DNA from: Planctomycetia bacterium
GTDB taxonomy: Bacteria > Planctomycetota > Planctomycetia > Pirellulales > UBA1268
DNA: 64,000 nt
Direction of reading: 5' to 3'
NCBI GenBank assembly: GCA_046343855.1
Contig: JBKDMX010000015.1
Coordinates: 15,745 to 79,744, forward strand
Part shown: one piece after another, positions 19,889 to 29,409 of the stretch
Layout of the letters: the number at the start of each line of letters is the position of its first letter
How positions within the stretch are numbered: the first letter of the stretch is position 1
Notes under the pieces: model-generated
What the model saw: only the letters and a program-made list of their open reading frames with translations
The model's database searches: none
Told to the model about the DNA's origin: nothing
Made by a program: the position numbers and the translations under genes

Positions 19889-20761
19889 ATGCCTCACCAT
19901 TCCCCCGCGCGGTCGCAACAAACCCTCCGTCGGCCGGCGCTCGTGGCCGGCCGCGGCTATTGGAGCGGCCGCGAGATCCGCGTCGAATTGCATCCCGCTC
20001 CGGCGGGCGCGGGCGTGGTGTTCGTTCGGGGCGATCTCGAGCCGGCGGTGCGGATTCCGGCGGCGCTCGGAAGCCGCGTGGATGCGGTGAATAGAACGAA
20101 TCTCGTCGCGGACGGCGCGCGGCTCGAGATGGTGGAGCACCTGTTGAGCGCGCTTGCCGGCGTGCATGTCGATTGCTGTCTCGTGCGGGTGGATGCCGAG
20201 GAGATGCCCGGCCTCGATGGCTCTTCGCGGGCCTTCGTCGAGGCGATCGAGGGGGCGGGGTTCGAGGATCTCGGCGCGCCCGTCGATCCGATCGTGGTGC
20301 GGGAAACCGTGCGAGTGGGGGATGGCGACGCCTGGATCGAGGCCTCTCTGCCCCGGTTCCCCGGGCTCTCGGTCGACTATTGCCTCGACTACGGCGCCGG
20401 GCCGATCGGTCGCCAGGAGCTTTCGCTGCGGATCACGCCGGAGTCGTATCGCGCCGAACTGGCCGCCGCGCGGACGTTCATCTCGACCGCCGATGCCGAG
20501 CGGCTGCGGGCCGCGGGCCTCGGGCTCGCGGTCTCGACCAAGGATCTCGTCGTCTTCGGGCCCGATGGCCCGGTGGACAACCCGCTGCGCTGGCCCGATG
20601 AATGCGTGCGCCACAAGGTGCTCGATCTCGTCGGCGACCTCGCGCTCGCCGGCCGGCCGATTCATGCCCACGTGACCGCGAGCAAGAGCGGCCATCGCCT
20701 CAACGCCGAGCTGGCGGGGCGGCTCGTGGCGCTGGATGAGCGGCTGGGGGTTTCGGTCTGA
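19889..20761 (+). CDS. lpxC: UDP-3-O-acyl-N-acetylglucosamine deacetylase
   Basis: VEHLLSAL, LDGSS, ARTF, RHKVLDLVGDL, KSGH. Confidence 0.95.
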   Translation: MPHHSPARSQQTLRRPALVAGRGYWSGREIRVELHPAPAGAGVVFVRGDLEPAVRIPAALGSRVDAVNRTNLVADGARLEMVEHLLSALAGVHVDCCLVRVDAEEMPGLDGSSRAFVEAIEGAGFEDLGAPVDPIVVRETVRVGDGDAWIEASLPRFPGLSVDYCLDYGAGPIGRQELSLRITPESYRAELAAARTFISTADAERLRAAGLGLAVSTKDLVVFGPDGPVDNPLRWPDECVRHKVLDLVGDLALAGRPIHAHVTASKSGHRLNAELAGRLVALDERLGVSV

Positions 20762-20797
20762 GGAACGCGCGAGCCGCGAGACGCAAGGAATCGCCTG

Positions 20798-21601
20798 ATG
20801 CCGGACATCCATCCCACCGCGATCGTCGAGCCCGGCGCGAGGATCGCGCCCGACGCGGTCGTTGGCCCGCATTGCCTGGTCTCCGGCCAGGCCGAGATCG
20901 GCCGTGAGACGGTGCTTGCGAATCACGTCACGATCCTCGGCGACACGCGAATCGGCGAGCGGAATCGGATCCATGCCAACTGCGTGATCGGTGGCGAGCC
21001 GCAGGATCTGAGCTATCAGGGCACGCGGACGCGCGTGGTGATCGGCGACGACAACATCATCCGTGAAAGTGTCACGATCAACCGCGCCACCGAAAAGGAG
21101 TTGGGCGAGACGACGATCGGCAACGCGAATTTTCTCATGGCCTGCTCCCACGTCGCCCACGATTGCCGTGTCGGCGACCACGTGATCCTCGCCAACGGGG
21201 TGCTCCTTGGCGGCCACGTGCGGGTGCATTCCCATGCGTCGCTCTCCGGCGCCGTGGCGGTGCATCATTGGGCCACGATCGGCAGTTGGTCGTTCGTGGC
21301 GGGGCTTTCGCGGGTGCTGCACGACGTGCCACCGTTCATGCTCTCCGAGGGCATGCCGGCGCGGCCGCGCTGCATCAACGTGGTGGCGCTGAAGCGCGGC
21401 GGCTTCGGGCCGGAGGCGGTCGATGCGATCACCGAGGCCTACCGGTTGCTCTACCGGGCGAAGGTCGGCCTCAAGAGCGCCGCCGAGATCCTGCAATCGC
21501 AGGGGATGCTCCTGCCGCCGGTGATGCAATTGATCGAATTCTTGACACGTCAACAGGAAGGGCGGCACGGGCGCGCCCGCGAACGAAGGAGGGCTGCATG
21601 A
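20798..21601 (+). CDS. lpxA: Acyl-ACP--UDP-N-acetylglucosamine acyltransferase
   Basis: IHPTAIV start, hexapeptide repeats, IGGEPQDL, RESVTINRAT, HVAHDC. Confidence 0.95.
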   Translation: MPDIHPTAIVEPGARIAPDAVVGPHCLVSGQAEIGRETVLANHVTILGDTRIGERNRIHANCVIGGEPQDLSYQGTRTRVVIGDDNIIRESVTINRATEKELGETTIGNANFLMACSHVAHDCRVGDHVILANGVLLGGHVRVHSHASLSGAVAVHHWATIGSWSFVAGLSRVLHDVPPFMLSEGMPARPRCINVVALKRGGFGPEAVDAITEAYRLLYRAKVGLKSAAEILQSQGMLLPPVMQLIEFLTRQQEGRHGRARERRRAA

Positions 21602-22668
21602 CGAGGCTGAAGGTCGCGGTGGTGGGCTGCGGGCATCTGGGAACGATCCACGCGCGGCTCCTGGCCGGCCGCGACGACGTGGAACTCGTCGCCGTCGTCG
21701 ATCCATCGCCCGAGGCCCGCGCTCGCGTGGCCGAGGCCAATGGCTGTGCGGCCTTGCCGGAGCCCGGCGATCTGGTCGGCAAGGCCGATGTCGCCGTCGT
21801 CGCCGCTCCGACCGGTCTGCACTCCCGGGTGTCGATCCCGCTCCTCGAGGCCGGGCTCGACCTGCTCATCGAGAAGCCGATCGCGGCGTCCGTCGAAGAC
21901 GCGCGGGCGATCGTGACCACCGCCCGCCGCCACGGGCGAGTCGTCGCCGTGGGGCACGTGGAGCGATTCAATCCGGCCTGGAAACTCGCCGTCGAGAAGG
22001 TGGGCCGGCCCGTGGCGATCGAATCGGCCCGCCTCGCGCCGTTCACGTTTCGCTCGATGGACGTCGGCGTCGTGCACGACCTGATGATCCACGACATCGA
22101 CCTCGTGCTCTCGCTTGAGCCCGGCCGGCTCGAGCATCTCGAGTCGCATGGCCTGTCGGCGACCGGCGGCCACGAGGATGCGGTGCGGGCACGGCTCGTC
22201 TTCTCGTCGGGGCTCGTGGCCGACCTCACGGCCTCGCGAATCAGTCCCACGCTGCGGCGGGCCGTCTCCATCTGGTCGGCCGACGGGATCGTGTCGGTCG
22301 ATTTCAACGCCAAGACGGTCGAGGTGATCACGCCCTCCGCCGATATCCGCGCCGGCCGGTTCGTCGCCGCGGACGTGCCGCCGGGGGAGCGGGCCGCCCT
22401 CAAGGATGCGTTTTTCACGCAGGTGCTCCCGCGCGAGACGCTGCCGGTGCCCGACGCCAACGCGATCGCCTGCGAGCACGACGACTTTCTCGACGCTATC
22501 CGCACCGGCCGGGCACCCCTCGTGCCCGGGTCGGCCGGCGCCGCGGCGCTCGAGATCGCCAACCGCGTGATCGATACGCTCGTCCGCACCCAGTTCGGCG
22601 GCTCCGCCCCGTCGGTGCCGCTCACGCCCCGGTCGACGGTATTTCCCCCGCGCCGCAAGACAGCCTGA
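21598..22668 (+). CDS. Gfo/Idh/MocA oxidoreductase, GnnA-like (putative UDP-GlcNAc 3-dehydrogenase)
   Basis: VVGCGHLG, IEKPIA, VGHVERFNPA, DLMIHDID, LTASRIS. ATGA overlap with lpxA. Confidence 0.85.
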   Translation: MTRLKVAVVGCGHLGTIHARLLAGRDDVELVAVVDPSPEARARVAEANGCAALPEPGDLVGKADVAVVAAPTGLHSRVSIPLLEAGLDLLIEKPIAASVEDARAIVTTARRHGRVVAVGHVERFNPAWKLAVEKVGRPVAIESARLAPFTFRSMDVGVVHDLMIHDIDLVLSLEPGRLEHLESHGLSATGGHEDAVRARLVFSSGLVADLTASRISPTLRRAVSIWSADGIVSVDFNAKTVEVITPSADIRAGRFVAADVPPGERAALKDAFFTQVLPRETLPVPDANAIACEHDDFLDAIRTGRAPLVPGSAGAAALEIANRVIDTLVRTQFGGSAPSVPLTPRSTVFPPRRKTA

Positions 22669-22780
22669 GGCCGCAGGGTTTGCCAAACCGGCAGCGGCGT
22701 CCTGCGCGGTTGCCGGCAATCACGGTCGACTGGCGTCGTCCGCTCACCGCAGCCGATAGACCTGTGGGAGGGGCGGACGA

Positions 22781-23371
22781 ATGCTGCGCGCGACGATCAT
22801 GCTCGTGGGCCTGCTCGTGCTCGTGCCGCCGGCGGCGGCGGACGAACTCGATTTCCGGCTCCATGATTTCGACGGTGTATCGTCGCTGGCTGCATCGCTG
22901 CGACAGAGCGACTTCGAAGTGAACGACGAGGCGGAGCGGCTCGGCCTGGTGGTGAAGGGGCCGACGTCCCCCGAGCAGTCGCAGCAACCGGTGATTGCGC
23001 AGATCAATCGCCGCATCGAGGGGATCAACGTGACGGCCGGCATGCAGGCCGACCGCAGCATGATGCGCGAGGGGCCGGCCCAGTGGATCGGCGGACTCGG
23101 CATGGCTTCGGAATGCGATCTCGGCCGCCGCTCGCTCGAACTCCGCACGTCGGTGGGACAGAACGACCAGTGGGGCGCGATCGGCCTGGAGGTGGGCCCG
23201 CGGCTCGAGCGCCGTCTGCCGGGCGGGATTCTCTTCGTGATCGACGGCAAGGCCGAGGCGCGCACGCTGCCGGCTGAGCCGGGCTTTGGCGGCCAGTCGC
23301 TCCCTGGGCAGGCCAACGAGAGCGGACTCGGCATGATCGGCCTCACCGGCCGCACGGGACTCGTGCGGTAA
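22781..23371 (+). CDS. Hypothetical exported protein
   Basis: 196-aa ORF with GGGAGGG RBS and signal peptide (AAA-DE). No family recognised. Confidence 0.65.
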   Translation: MLRATIMLVGLLVLVPPAAADELDFRLHDFDGVSSLAASLRQSDFEVNDEAERLGLVVKGPTSPEQSQQPVIAQINRRIEGINVTAGMQADRSMMREGPAQWIGGLGMASECDLGRRSLELRTSVGQNDQWGAIGLEVGPRLERRLPGGILFVIDGKAEARTLPAEPGFGGQSLPGQANESGLGMIGLTGRTGLVR

Positions 23372-23676
23372 GGAGACCGCTTGCTCCAAAGTAGACCGCT
23401 TGCTCCGCAAGCGGCTCCCCGGAGATCCGCTTTGTTTCGAAGCGGTCTACGTTGCGCAACCGCTCGCCCGGGCGGCAGAAGTCTCGTCGCGGTGGCCCTC
23501 GAAGACTCGGTCCAAATGCTCCTCGAGCTTCCGCCGACCCGGGCTCGCTGGCCTACATGGCGGGTAGGCGAGGGGGTCGGCAAACGCTCGAGGAGCGTTG
23601 GGCGTATCCTCGCCCTTGCGACAATCCAAAGGAGTTGCGACGCAACCGACTTTTGCCGCCCCCGAGCCGGCGCTAC
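23372..23676. repeat. Repeat mosaic: REP-C cluster (23372-23450), element D (+, 23463-23556), divergent D (-, 23564-23676)
   Basis: Two D copies in opposite orientation between convergent genes. Confidence 0.85.
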
Positions 23677-23694
23677 ACCGCGATGGAATAAGCC

Positions 23695-25185
23695 CTACGC
23701 CAGGTCGCGGTTCTGGAAGAGCACGAGGGCCACGAGCAGGGCCACGGCTGAATAGAGGCCGGCGTAGAGCGCGGCCCAGGCGAGGTAGCTCCACGGCACC
23801 GGCACGCCGCCGACGACGGCCGCCTCGATCGTGAAGTGCTCGAGCACCGGAAGGATCGTCGCGAACAATTGCCCCACGAACCGCACGATCGCGAATTTGC
23901 CCACGCTCGACTGCACGATGAGCGGCACGAGATGGCCGAGGGCGTAGACCGTGAAGCAGATGATGAGGTTCGGCACCATGCCCAGCCGCGTGGAGACCGC
24001 GAGGCTCACCGCCGCCAGCAGGATCGTCTCCAGGAGCGAAAGTACGAGGCCCGGCACGACCGTGATCATCTCGTCGGCGCAGTCGCGCCAGATCGGATCG
24101 ACCTTTGCCCCCTCGCGGGCGTCGTAGACCACCTTCAGGCTCGTGGTCGCCATGAGCACGCTGCCGAGGATCAGGAAGACGAGCAGCGCCACGAGCACGA
24201 GCCCGGCGAACTTGCCGAGGATGAACTGCGGCCGCGTGAGCGGCTTCGAGAGCACCGTGAGCGCCGTGCGGCCTTCGATCTCGTCGGCCACGGCCACGCT
24301 CGCCGTCCAGACGACGACGAGCAGCGCCAGCACCTTGATGAGCGTGAGGCCGCTGTCCTTGAGCATCTTCACATCTTCGCCGAACGTGTTGTAGGGGATG
24401 ACGATGAAGGCCAGGAGCAGGACCGCGCCGACGAAGAGCGCCACGGCGAAGACGGGCTGGCCGATCGCCTCCTTGCAGGTGGTGGATGCGACGGCGGCGA
24501 TGCGACGGGGCACGAGCCGGAAGACGGCATAGGCCGCCGCGACGGCGAGGAGCACGCCCGTCGTCCAGGGGAGGATGCCGGCCTGCGGAAACTCCGCCGC
24601 GAGGCGGCTGCGCACCCGCAGTTGCACCGGCTTGTCCGACGGATTGGTGGCCTCGAGCTTCGCCCGCTGGCCGAGGAAGGGGCTCGTCGCGTTCGCGGCG
24701 CGGGTCCAGGTCCAGGGCGTCGTGGCCGAGAGATCGACGTCGGGCACCTTCACGAGCGCGAAGCCCTCGATCGGCTGCTGCGTGCGGACGGTGATCGGGC
24801 CATCGCTGTCGAGTGTGATCGACTCGATTTCCTGCGGCCGCAGGTCGAGCTGGATCTCCTGCAGATTCGCCCGCGGAAGCACCGTGATCGTGCGATCGAA
24901 GTCGTTGGCTGACACGAGCCGCTGGAGGGAGCGGCCGATCTGCCCGAGCGGCACGAGCGGCGTGAACGCGATGGCCAGTGCCGCAAGCCCAAGCAACAGC
25001 CAGGCGAGTGGCCCCGCGAATCCGTCGCCGAGGCTCAACCGCGCCTCCGCGGCGGCCCGCGGCCGCACTGCCGCCAGCAGGGTCCAGGCGAGCAGAATGC
25101 CGAGCATCGCGAGCAACGCACCCATGCCGACGAGCCAGATCGGCGGCAGGGCGATCAGCCAGCGGTTGGCAAAGAGAGGGGCCAT
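23695..25185 (-). CDS. ABC-2 type transporter permease with periplasmic insertion
   Basis: Multiple TM helices, DEIEGRTALTVLSKPLTRPQFILGKF, C-terminal FQNRDL. Confidence 0.85.
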   Translation of the reverse strand: MAPLFANRWLIALPPIWLVGMGALLAMLGILLAWTLLAAVRPRAAAEARLSLGDGFAGPLAWLLLGLAALAIAFTPLVPLGQIGRSLQRLVSANDFDRTITVLPRANLQEIQLDLRPQEIESITLDSDGPITVRTQQPIEGFALVKVPDVDLSATTPWTWTRAANATSPFLGQRAKLEATNPSDKPVQLRVRSRLAAEFPQAGILPWTTGVLLAVAAAYAVFRLVPRRIAAVASTTCKEAIGQPVFAVALFVGAVLLLAFIVIPYNTFGEDVKMLKDSGLTLIKVLALLVVVWTASVAVADEIEGRTALTVLSKPLTRPQFILGKFAGLVLVALLVFLILGSVLMATTSLKVVYDAREGAKVDPIWRDCADEMITVVPGLVLSLLETILLAAVSLAVSTRLGMVPNLIICFTVYALGHLVPLIVQSSVGKFAIVRFVGQLFATILPVLEHFTIEAAVVGGVPVPWSYLAWAALYAGLYSAVALLVALVLFQNRDLA

Positions 25186-25192
25186 CAGAAGA

Positions 25193-26467
25193 CTATTGTG
25201 CCGCAAAACGTGCCGTTGCGGAAGCGTCGGCTGCGAGCGGCCCGGCCAAGACGGTGGCGCTCGGGCCGTGGGGGGGCCAGCGGTCGAGCACCCGGTGGAC
25301 GTCGTCGAGCGAAAGCCGCTCGACGATCCGGAGGTCGTCGGCCACGCTCCGGTAGCTGCCGGTGTGGGCCCATTCGAGCCCCACGCCGAAGAGCCGCCGC
25401 CGCGGCCGCTCGCCGCCGAGCACGACGCGGCCGGCCAGCTTGTTGCGGGCCTGCTCGAGCTCGCTCCGCGGGATGCCGGCCCGGGAGGCCTCCCGGTAGA
25501 CCTCGTCGATCCGGTCGAGGAGGGGCACGACATCATCGGCATCGCAGGAGAGTTGCGTGGCGAAAAAGCCGGCGTCGAGAAAATCGTGGTGGTGGCAGGA
25601 GGCGTGCTCCGCCGCGCCGGAATCGACGAGCGCCCAATAGAGGCGGCTTCCCGATTCGTCGCCCAGGAGCACCGCCAGCAGCTTGGCTGCGTAGCGGTCG
25701 TCGTCATCGCCGGTGGGGCCGGCCGACATTCGCACCGCGTATTCGAGCGTGGCGGCGGGCCGCGTGATGTGCTCGATCGTGGAGGCGAGCCGGGGCGGCC
25801 GCGTCTCCTGAGGCTGCCGGCGCTCGGTCACGGGCTGAGGCTCCCAATCGCCGCAGAGCCGCTTGGCCGATTCGACGAGCGCCGGAAAATCGACGGCACC
25901 GGTCGCGGCGAGCACGATGTTGCCCGGCGCGTAGCGGCGGCGGTGGTAGTCGCGCATCGCCTCGACGGGCAGCGCCTCGATCGATTCGACCGTCCCGAGT
26001 ACGCTCCGCGCGAGCGGGTGGCGGCCGAAGAAGGCGGCGCGGCAGCGGTCGTCGGCGCCGAAGGGGGGCTGGTCGTCGTACATCCTGATCTCCTCCAGGA
26101 TGACGAGCTTCTCCGTCGTGAAATCCTCCGCGCGCAGGGCCGGCCGCATCATCCGCGCCAGGAGCGACACGGCCTCCTGTTGCTGCTCGGGCAGCACCGC
26201 GGCGTGGTAGACGGTGTCTTCCTCGCTCGTGAAGGCGTTGGCGCTCGCGCCCATCCAGTCGAAGCGGCGGTTGATCTCGTCGCCGGAGAGATCGTGCGTT
26301 CCCTTGAACACCATGTGCTCGAGAAAGTGGCTCACACCCCAGAGGGCGTCGTTCTCGTCGCGGGCGCCCGTCTTCACGAAGAAGCCGATGCTCGAGGAGA
26401 GGGCGCCGTCGGTGACCTCGGCGATCACGTCGAGACCGTTGTCGAGCCGTTCATGCAGAAACTTCAT
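25193..26467 (-). CDS. M16B peptidase, catalytic subunit
   Basis: HxxEH motif SHFLEHMVFKGT, NAFTS, ILEEI, SRL. Confidence 0.92.
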   Translation of the reverse strand: MKFLHERLDNGLDVIAEVTDGALSSSIGFFVKTGARDENDALWGVSHFLEHMVFKGTHDLSGDEINRRFDWMGASANAFTSEEDTVYHAAVLPEQQQEAVSLLARMMRPALRAEDFTTEKLVILEEIRMYDDQPPFGADDRCRAAFFGRHPLARSVLGTVESIEALPVEAMRDYHRRRYAPGNIVLAATGAVDFPALVESAKRLCGDWEPQPVTERRQPQETRPPRLASTIEHITRPAATLEYAVRMSAGPTGDDDDRYAAKLLAVLLGDESGSRLYWALVDSGAAEHASCHHHDFLDAGFFATQLSCDADDVVPLLDRIDEVYREASRAGIPRSELEQARNKLAGRVVLGGERPRRRLFGVGLEWAHTGSYRSVADDLRIVERLSLDDVHRVLDRWPPHGPSATVLAGPLAADASATARFAAQ

Positions 26468-27698
26468 GCGGCACCTCCAGCGGCTCCCGGCCGAGTGAGA
26501 CGACGGACAGATCGCGGACCGGATTGGCGGCGAGCCAGGCCTCGATCGAGCCCACGCCGAGCCGGTCGTAGCGGGCGAGCTCTTCGCCGAGCGAACGCAT
26601 GCTGCCGAGGTGATACCACTGCCGCGCGATGGCGCCGGCCCGTGCCGCGCTCGATTCCTGCTGCATCACGAGGCCGCTCTTGGCCCGGGCCTTCACGCGG
26701 TCGAGCTCGGCGGCCTCGATCGTGCCGGGCAGGCGGTGGATCTCGGCGAGCATCACGTCGAGCGTCTGCTGCGCGCGGGCCGCGCTCGTGCCCGAATAGC
26801 AGATGGCGGCGGCGCAGTCGCGCAGGGTCTGGTAGCCGGCCGACACGCTGTAGCAGAGCCCGCGCCGCTCGCGGACCTCCGAGAAGAGCCGCGAACTCGA
26901 TCCGCCCCCGAGAATCGCCAGCGCCGCCGTCGCCTCGTAGGAATCGTCGCTGCGATAGGGCGGGGCGGACCAGGCCACCGCGATGTGGGTCTGCTGGGAA
27001 TCGTGCGGCACGTGCCGGAACCGCGGGCCGCGGGTCCCCGCCGGCACCGGAGCGACGCCTCCGGTGTTCCAGTCGCCGAAGAGGTTCTCGGCCTGTTTGA
27101 CGAAGTCGTCCCAGTCGATGCGGCCGGCGACGGCGATGATCGTGCCGGCCGGCCGCACGTGGTCCGCCACGAACGACCGCACGGTGTCGATGTCGATCTG
27201 CTCGACGTCGGCCGAGATGCCCTCGCTCGGCGTGCCCCAGGGGGCGGGATAATGGAGCTGGCGGAGGGCCGACATCGCCCGATGGGCCGGATCGTCTTCG
27301 GTGCCCGCGAGATTCTGCAGCACCATCTGGCGGGCGTTTTCGAGTTGCTCCTCCTCGAGCCGCGGCCGTCGCAGAATGTCGGCATAGATTGGCAGCGCCG
27401 CCGGGAGTTGTCGGGCGACCATCGCACCCGAAAAGCTCGCATGGCTCGTCGAGACCGACTGCGACCACTGCACGCCCGAGCCCTCGAGCGCCTCGACGAT
27501 CTGCCGACTGCTGCGGTCGCCCGCGCCGCGGAGCATCATCTCGCCGGAAAGCGTCGCCAGCCCGCAGCGGCCCGGCCCGTCATGCACGGCGCCGGCCGGT
27601 GTGTGGAAAGCGACCGCGACCGATTCGAGGCCGGGGAGCTGCTCGCCGAGCAGCACAATCCCGTTGTCGAGCGTCGCGGAATGGAGGGATTGCTTCAC
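26451..27698 (-). CDS. M16B peptidase, non-catalytic partner subunit
   Basis: M16 fold motifs (GGGSSSRLFSEVRERRGLCYSV) but no HxxEH. Confidence 0.9.
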   Translation of the reverse strand: MKQSLHSATLDNGIVLLGEQLPGLESVAVAFHTPAGAVHDGPGRCGLATLSGEMMLRGAGDRSSRQIVEALEGSGVQWSQSVSTSHASFSGAMVARQLPAALPIYADILRRPRLEEEQLENARQMVLQNLAGTEDDPAHRAMSALRQLHYPAPWGTPSEGISADVEQIDIDTVRSFVADHVRPAGTIIAVAGRIDWDDFVKQAENLFGDWNTGGVAPVPAGTRGPRFRHVPHDSQQTHIAVAWSAPPYRSDDSYEATAALAILGGGSSSRLFSEVRERRGLCYSVSAGYQTLRDCAAAICYSGTSAARAQQTLDVMLAEIHRLPGTIEAAELDRVKARAKSGLVMQQESSAARAGAIARQWYHLGSMRSLGEELARYDRLGVGSIEAWLAANPVRDLSVVSLGREPLEVPHEVSA

Positions 27699-27705
27699 GA
27701 GGGGG

Positions 27706-28320
27706 TCACGGGCAGGCAGGTTCGGCCAGACTCGCTCCCACGGCGGACGTGACGGATTCGCAGACCGAGACCTCGTCGGAGGCCTCCACCACCTTGTAGA
27801 TGGTCTTGGTGCGCCGGAAGCCGAGACGTTGGTAGAGGCGAACGGCTCCTGAGTTCTCAGCCGTCACCTCGAGGAAGGCCCGCCGCAACCCTTTGCCCCG
27901 AAAGCCGGCGAGCGCCTGCTCGATCAGGCACGTGCCCAGACCGAAGCCGCGGTGGCTGGGAACGACGCCGATATTCTGGATCGAGCCGACGCCGAGTTTA
28001 TCCACCACGCCTTGGATCGTGGCGCACCACTCGAGTTCGCCGAGGGCGTCGTTCCGCACCACGAGCCAGGTGGCCGCCGGCAGGAAGCCGGGCTTGTTGC
28101 GGATCTCCCGCATCAGCCGGCGGCAGCCCTCGATGTTGCCGAGGCAGGGGAATACCAGCGCGTCGATCTCGCCGCGGAAGGAGCGATGCTTCGTGCGGGC
28201 GTGGACGTCGAGCAGGGCCTCGTTCCACGAGACGAAGCGGTAGCCGGTGGGGAGGGGCAGGGGCCGCCTCGGAGCCGACAGGTCCGCGTCCATGCGAAAC
28301 CGCTTGAAATAGGTCGACAT
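27706..28320 (-). CDS. GNAT-family N-acetyltransferase
   Basis: IGVVPSHRGFGLG, LEVTAEN, AVRLYQRLGF. Confidence 0.88.
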   Translation of the reverse strand: MSTYFKRFRMDADLSAPRRPLPLPTGYRFVSWNEALLDVHARTKHRSFRGEIDALVFPCLGNIEGCRRLMREIRNKPGFLPAATWLVVRNDALGELEWCATIQGVVDKLGVGSIQNIGVVPSHRGFGLGTCLIEQALAGFRGKGLRRAFLEVTAENSGAVRLYQRLGFRRTKTIYKVVEASDEVSVCESVTSAVGASLAEPACP

Positions 28321-28429
28321 CGCATCGCTCCCGGAAACCGCACGAATGCTCTGATGAAGGTAAGTATGCCCTCCGGGAAGGTCAACGCGCCGGTGAGTGC
28401 CACGCCGGCATCGGCCCGAAGATGCCGGT

Positions 28430-28498
28430 TTGCGGGGCTATGCGGGCCTGGAGTATGCTTTTTGGGGCTTCAAAAAATGCTTTTTGGCTTTTCAAAAC
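28430..28498 (+). promoter_or_regulatory. Putative sigma70 promoter with two tandem DtxR/TroR-type operator palindromes
   Basis: TTGCGG (28430)-N18-TATGCT (28454). TTTTTG-N6-CAAAAA at 28459-28476 and TTTTG-N6-CAAAA at 28482-28497, with a 22-bp period. Confidence 0.65.
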
Positions 28499-29409
28499 TC
28501 GGTCTGCTTTCGCTGGCGTTCGTCGCCCTGGCGGCCCGCTCGGCGGCCGAGGCCGCGCCGCCGGACGACGGGAAGCCGGTGGTCGTCGCGACGACGACGG
28601 TCGTGGCCGACCTCGTGCGTGAGGTGGCCGGCGACCGCGTGGTGATCGATTCCCTGATGGCGGCGGGCATCGACCCGCACAGCTACAAGGCCACGCCGCG
28701 GGATGCCGATCGTCTCGCGCGGGCCGATCTTGTGGTGGCGTCGGGGCTGCATCTCGAGGGCAAGCTCGCCGAACTGCTCGCGCGGCTCGCGAAGCGGGTG
28801 CCGGTGGTCGCGGTGGCCGACACGCTGCCGGCCGACCGACTGCTCGAGGCCGATGCGGGGCTGCATGATCCGCACGTCTGGTTCGATGCCAAGCTCTGGA
28901 GCCTCTGCTCGGCCGTCGTGGCGAAGGCGCTCGCCGGGATCGACGCGGATCACGCCGCCGAGTACACGGCGCGGGCGGCCGGTTATGCCGCGCGGCTCGA
29001 GCGGCTCGACGACGAACTGCGGCACAGAATCGCGACCATTCCCGCCGATCGGCGAGTGCTCGTCACCGCGCATGATGCCTTCCGCTATTTCGGGCGTGCG
29101 TATGGGATCGAGGTGGTCGGCGTGCAGGGCACGAGCACCGAGAGCGAGGCAGGGCTCCGCGACATCAATCGGCTCGTCGATCTCGTCGTCGAGCGGCGGA
29201 TCCCCGCCGTGTTTCTCGAGACGAGCGTCTCGGACAGGAGCGTCGCGGCGCTGCGCGAAGGCGCGAAAGCCCGCGGGCACGATGTGCGCCTCGGCGGCCG
29301 GCTCCACTCCGATTCGCTTGGCGAACCGGGCGCCCCGGCCGGATCGCTCGAAGGAGCGCTCCGCGAAAACGTCGAGACGATCGTCGCCGCGCTCGCCGGA
29401 GGCCGCTGA
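28477..29409 (+). CDS. troA: Mn/Fe/Zn ABC transporter substrate-binding protein (TroA/MntA-like)
   Basis: VVATTT, GIDPHSY, DPHVWFD, TAHDAFRYFG, FLETSV, LHSDSLG. Confidence 0.9.
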   Translation: MLFGFSKLGLLSLAFVALAARSAAEAAPPDDGKPVVVATTTVVADLVREVAGDRVVIDSLMAAGIDPHSYKATPRDADRLARADLVVASGLHLEGKLAELLARLAKRVPVVAVADTLPADRLLEADAGLHDPHVWFDAKLWSLCSAVVAKALAGIDADHAAEYTARAAGYAARLERLDDELRHRIATIPADRRVLVTAHDAFRYFGRAYGIEVVGVQGTSTESEAGLRDINRLVDLVVERRIPAVFLETSVSDRSVAALREGAKARGHDVRLGGRLHSDSLGEPGAPAGSLEGALRENVETIVAALAGGR

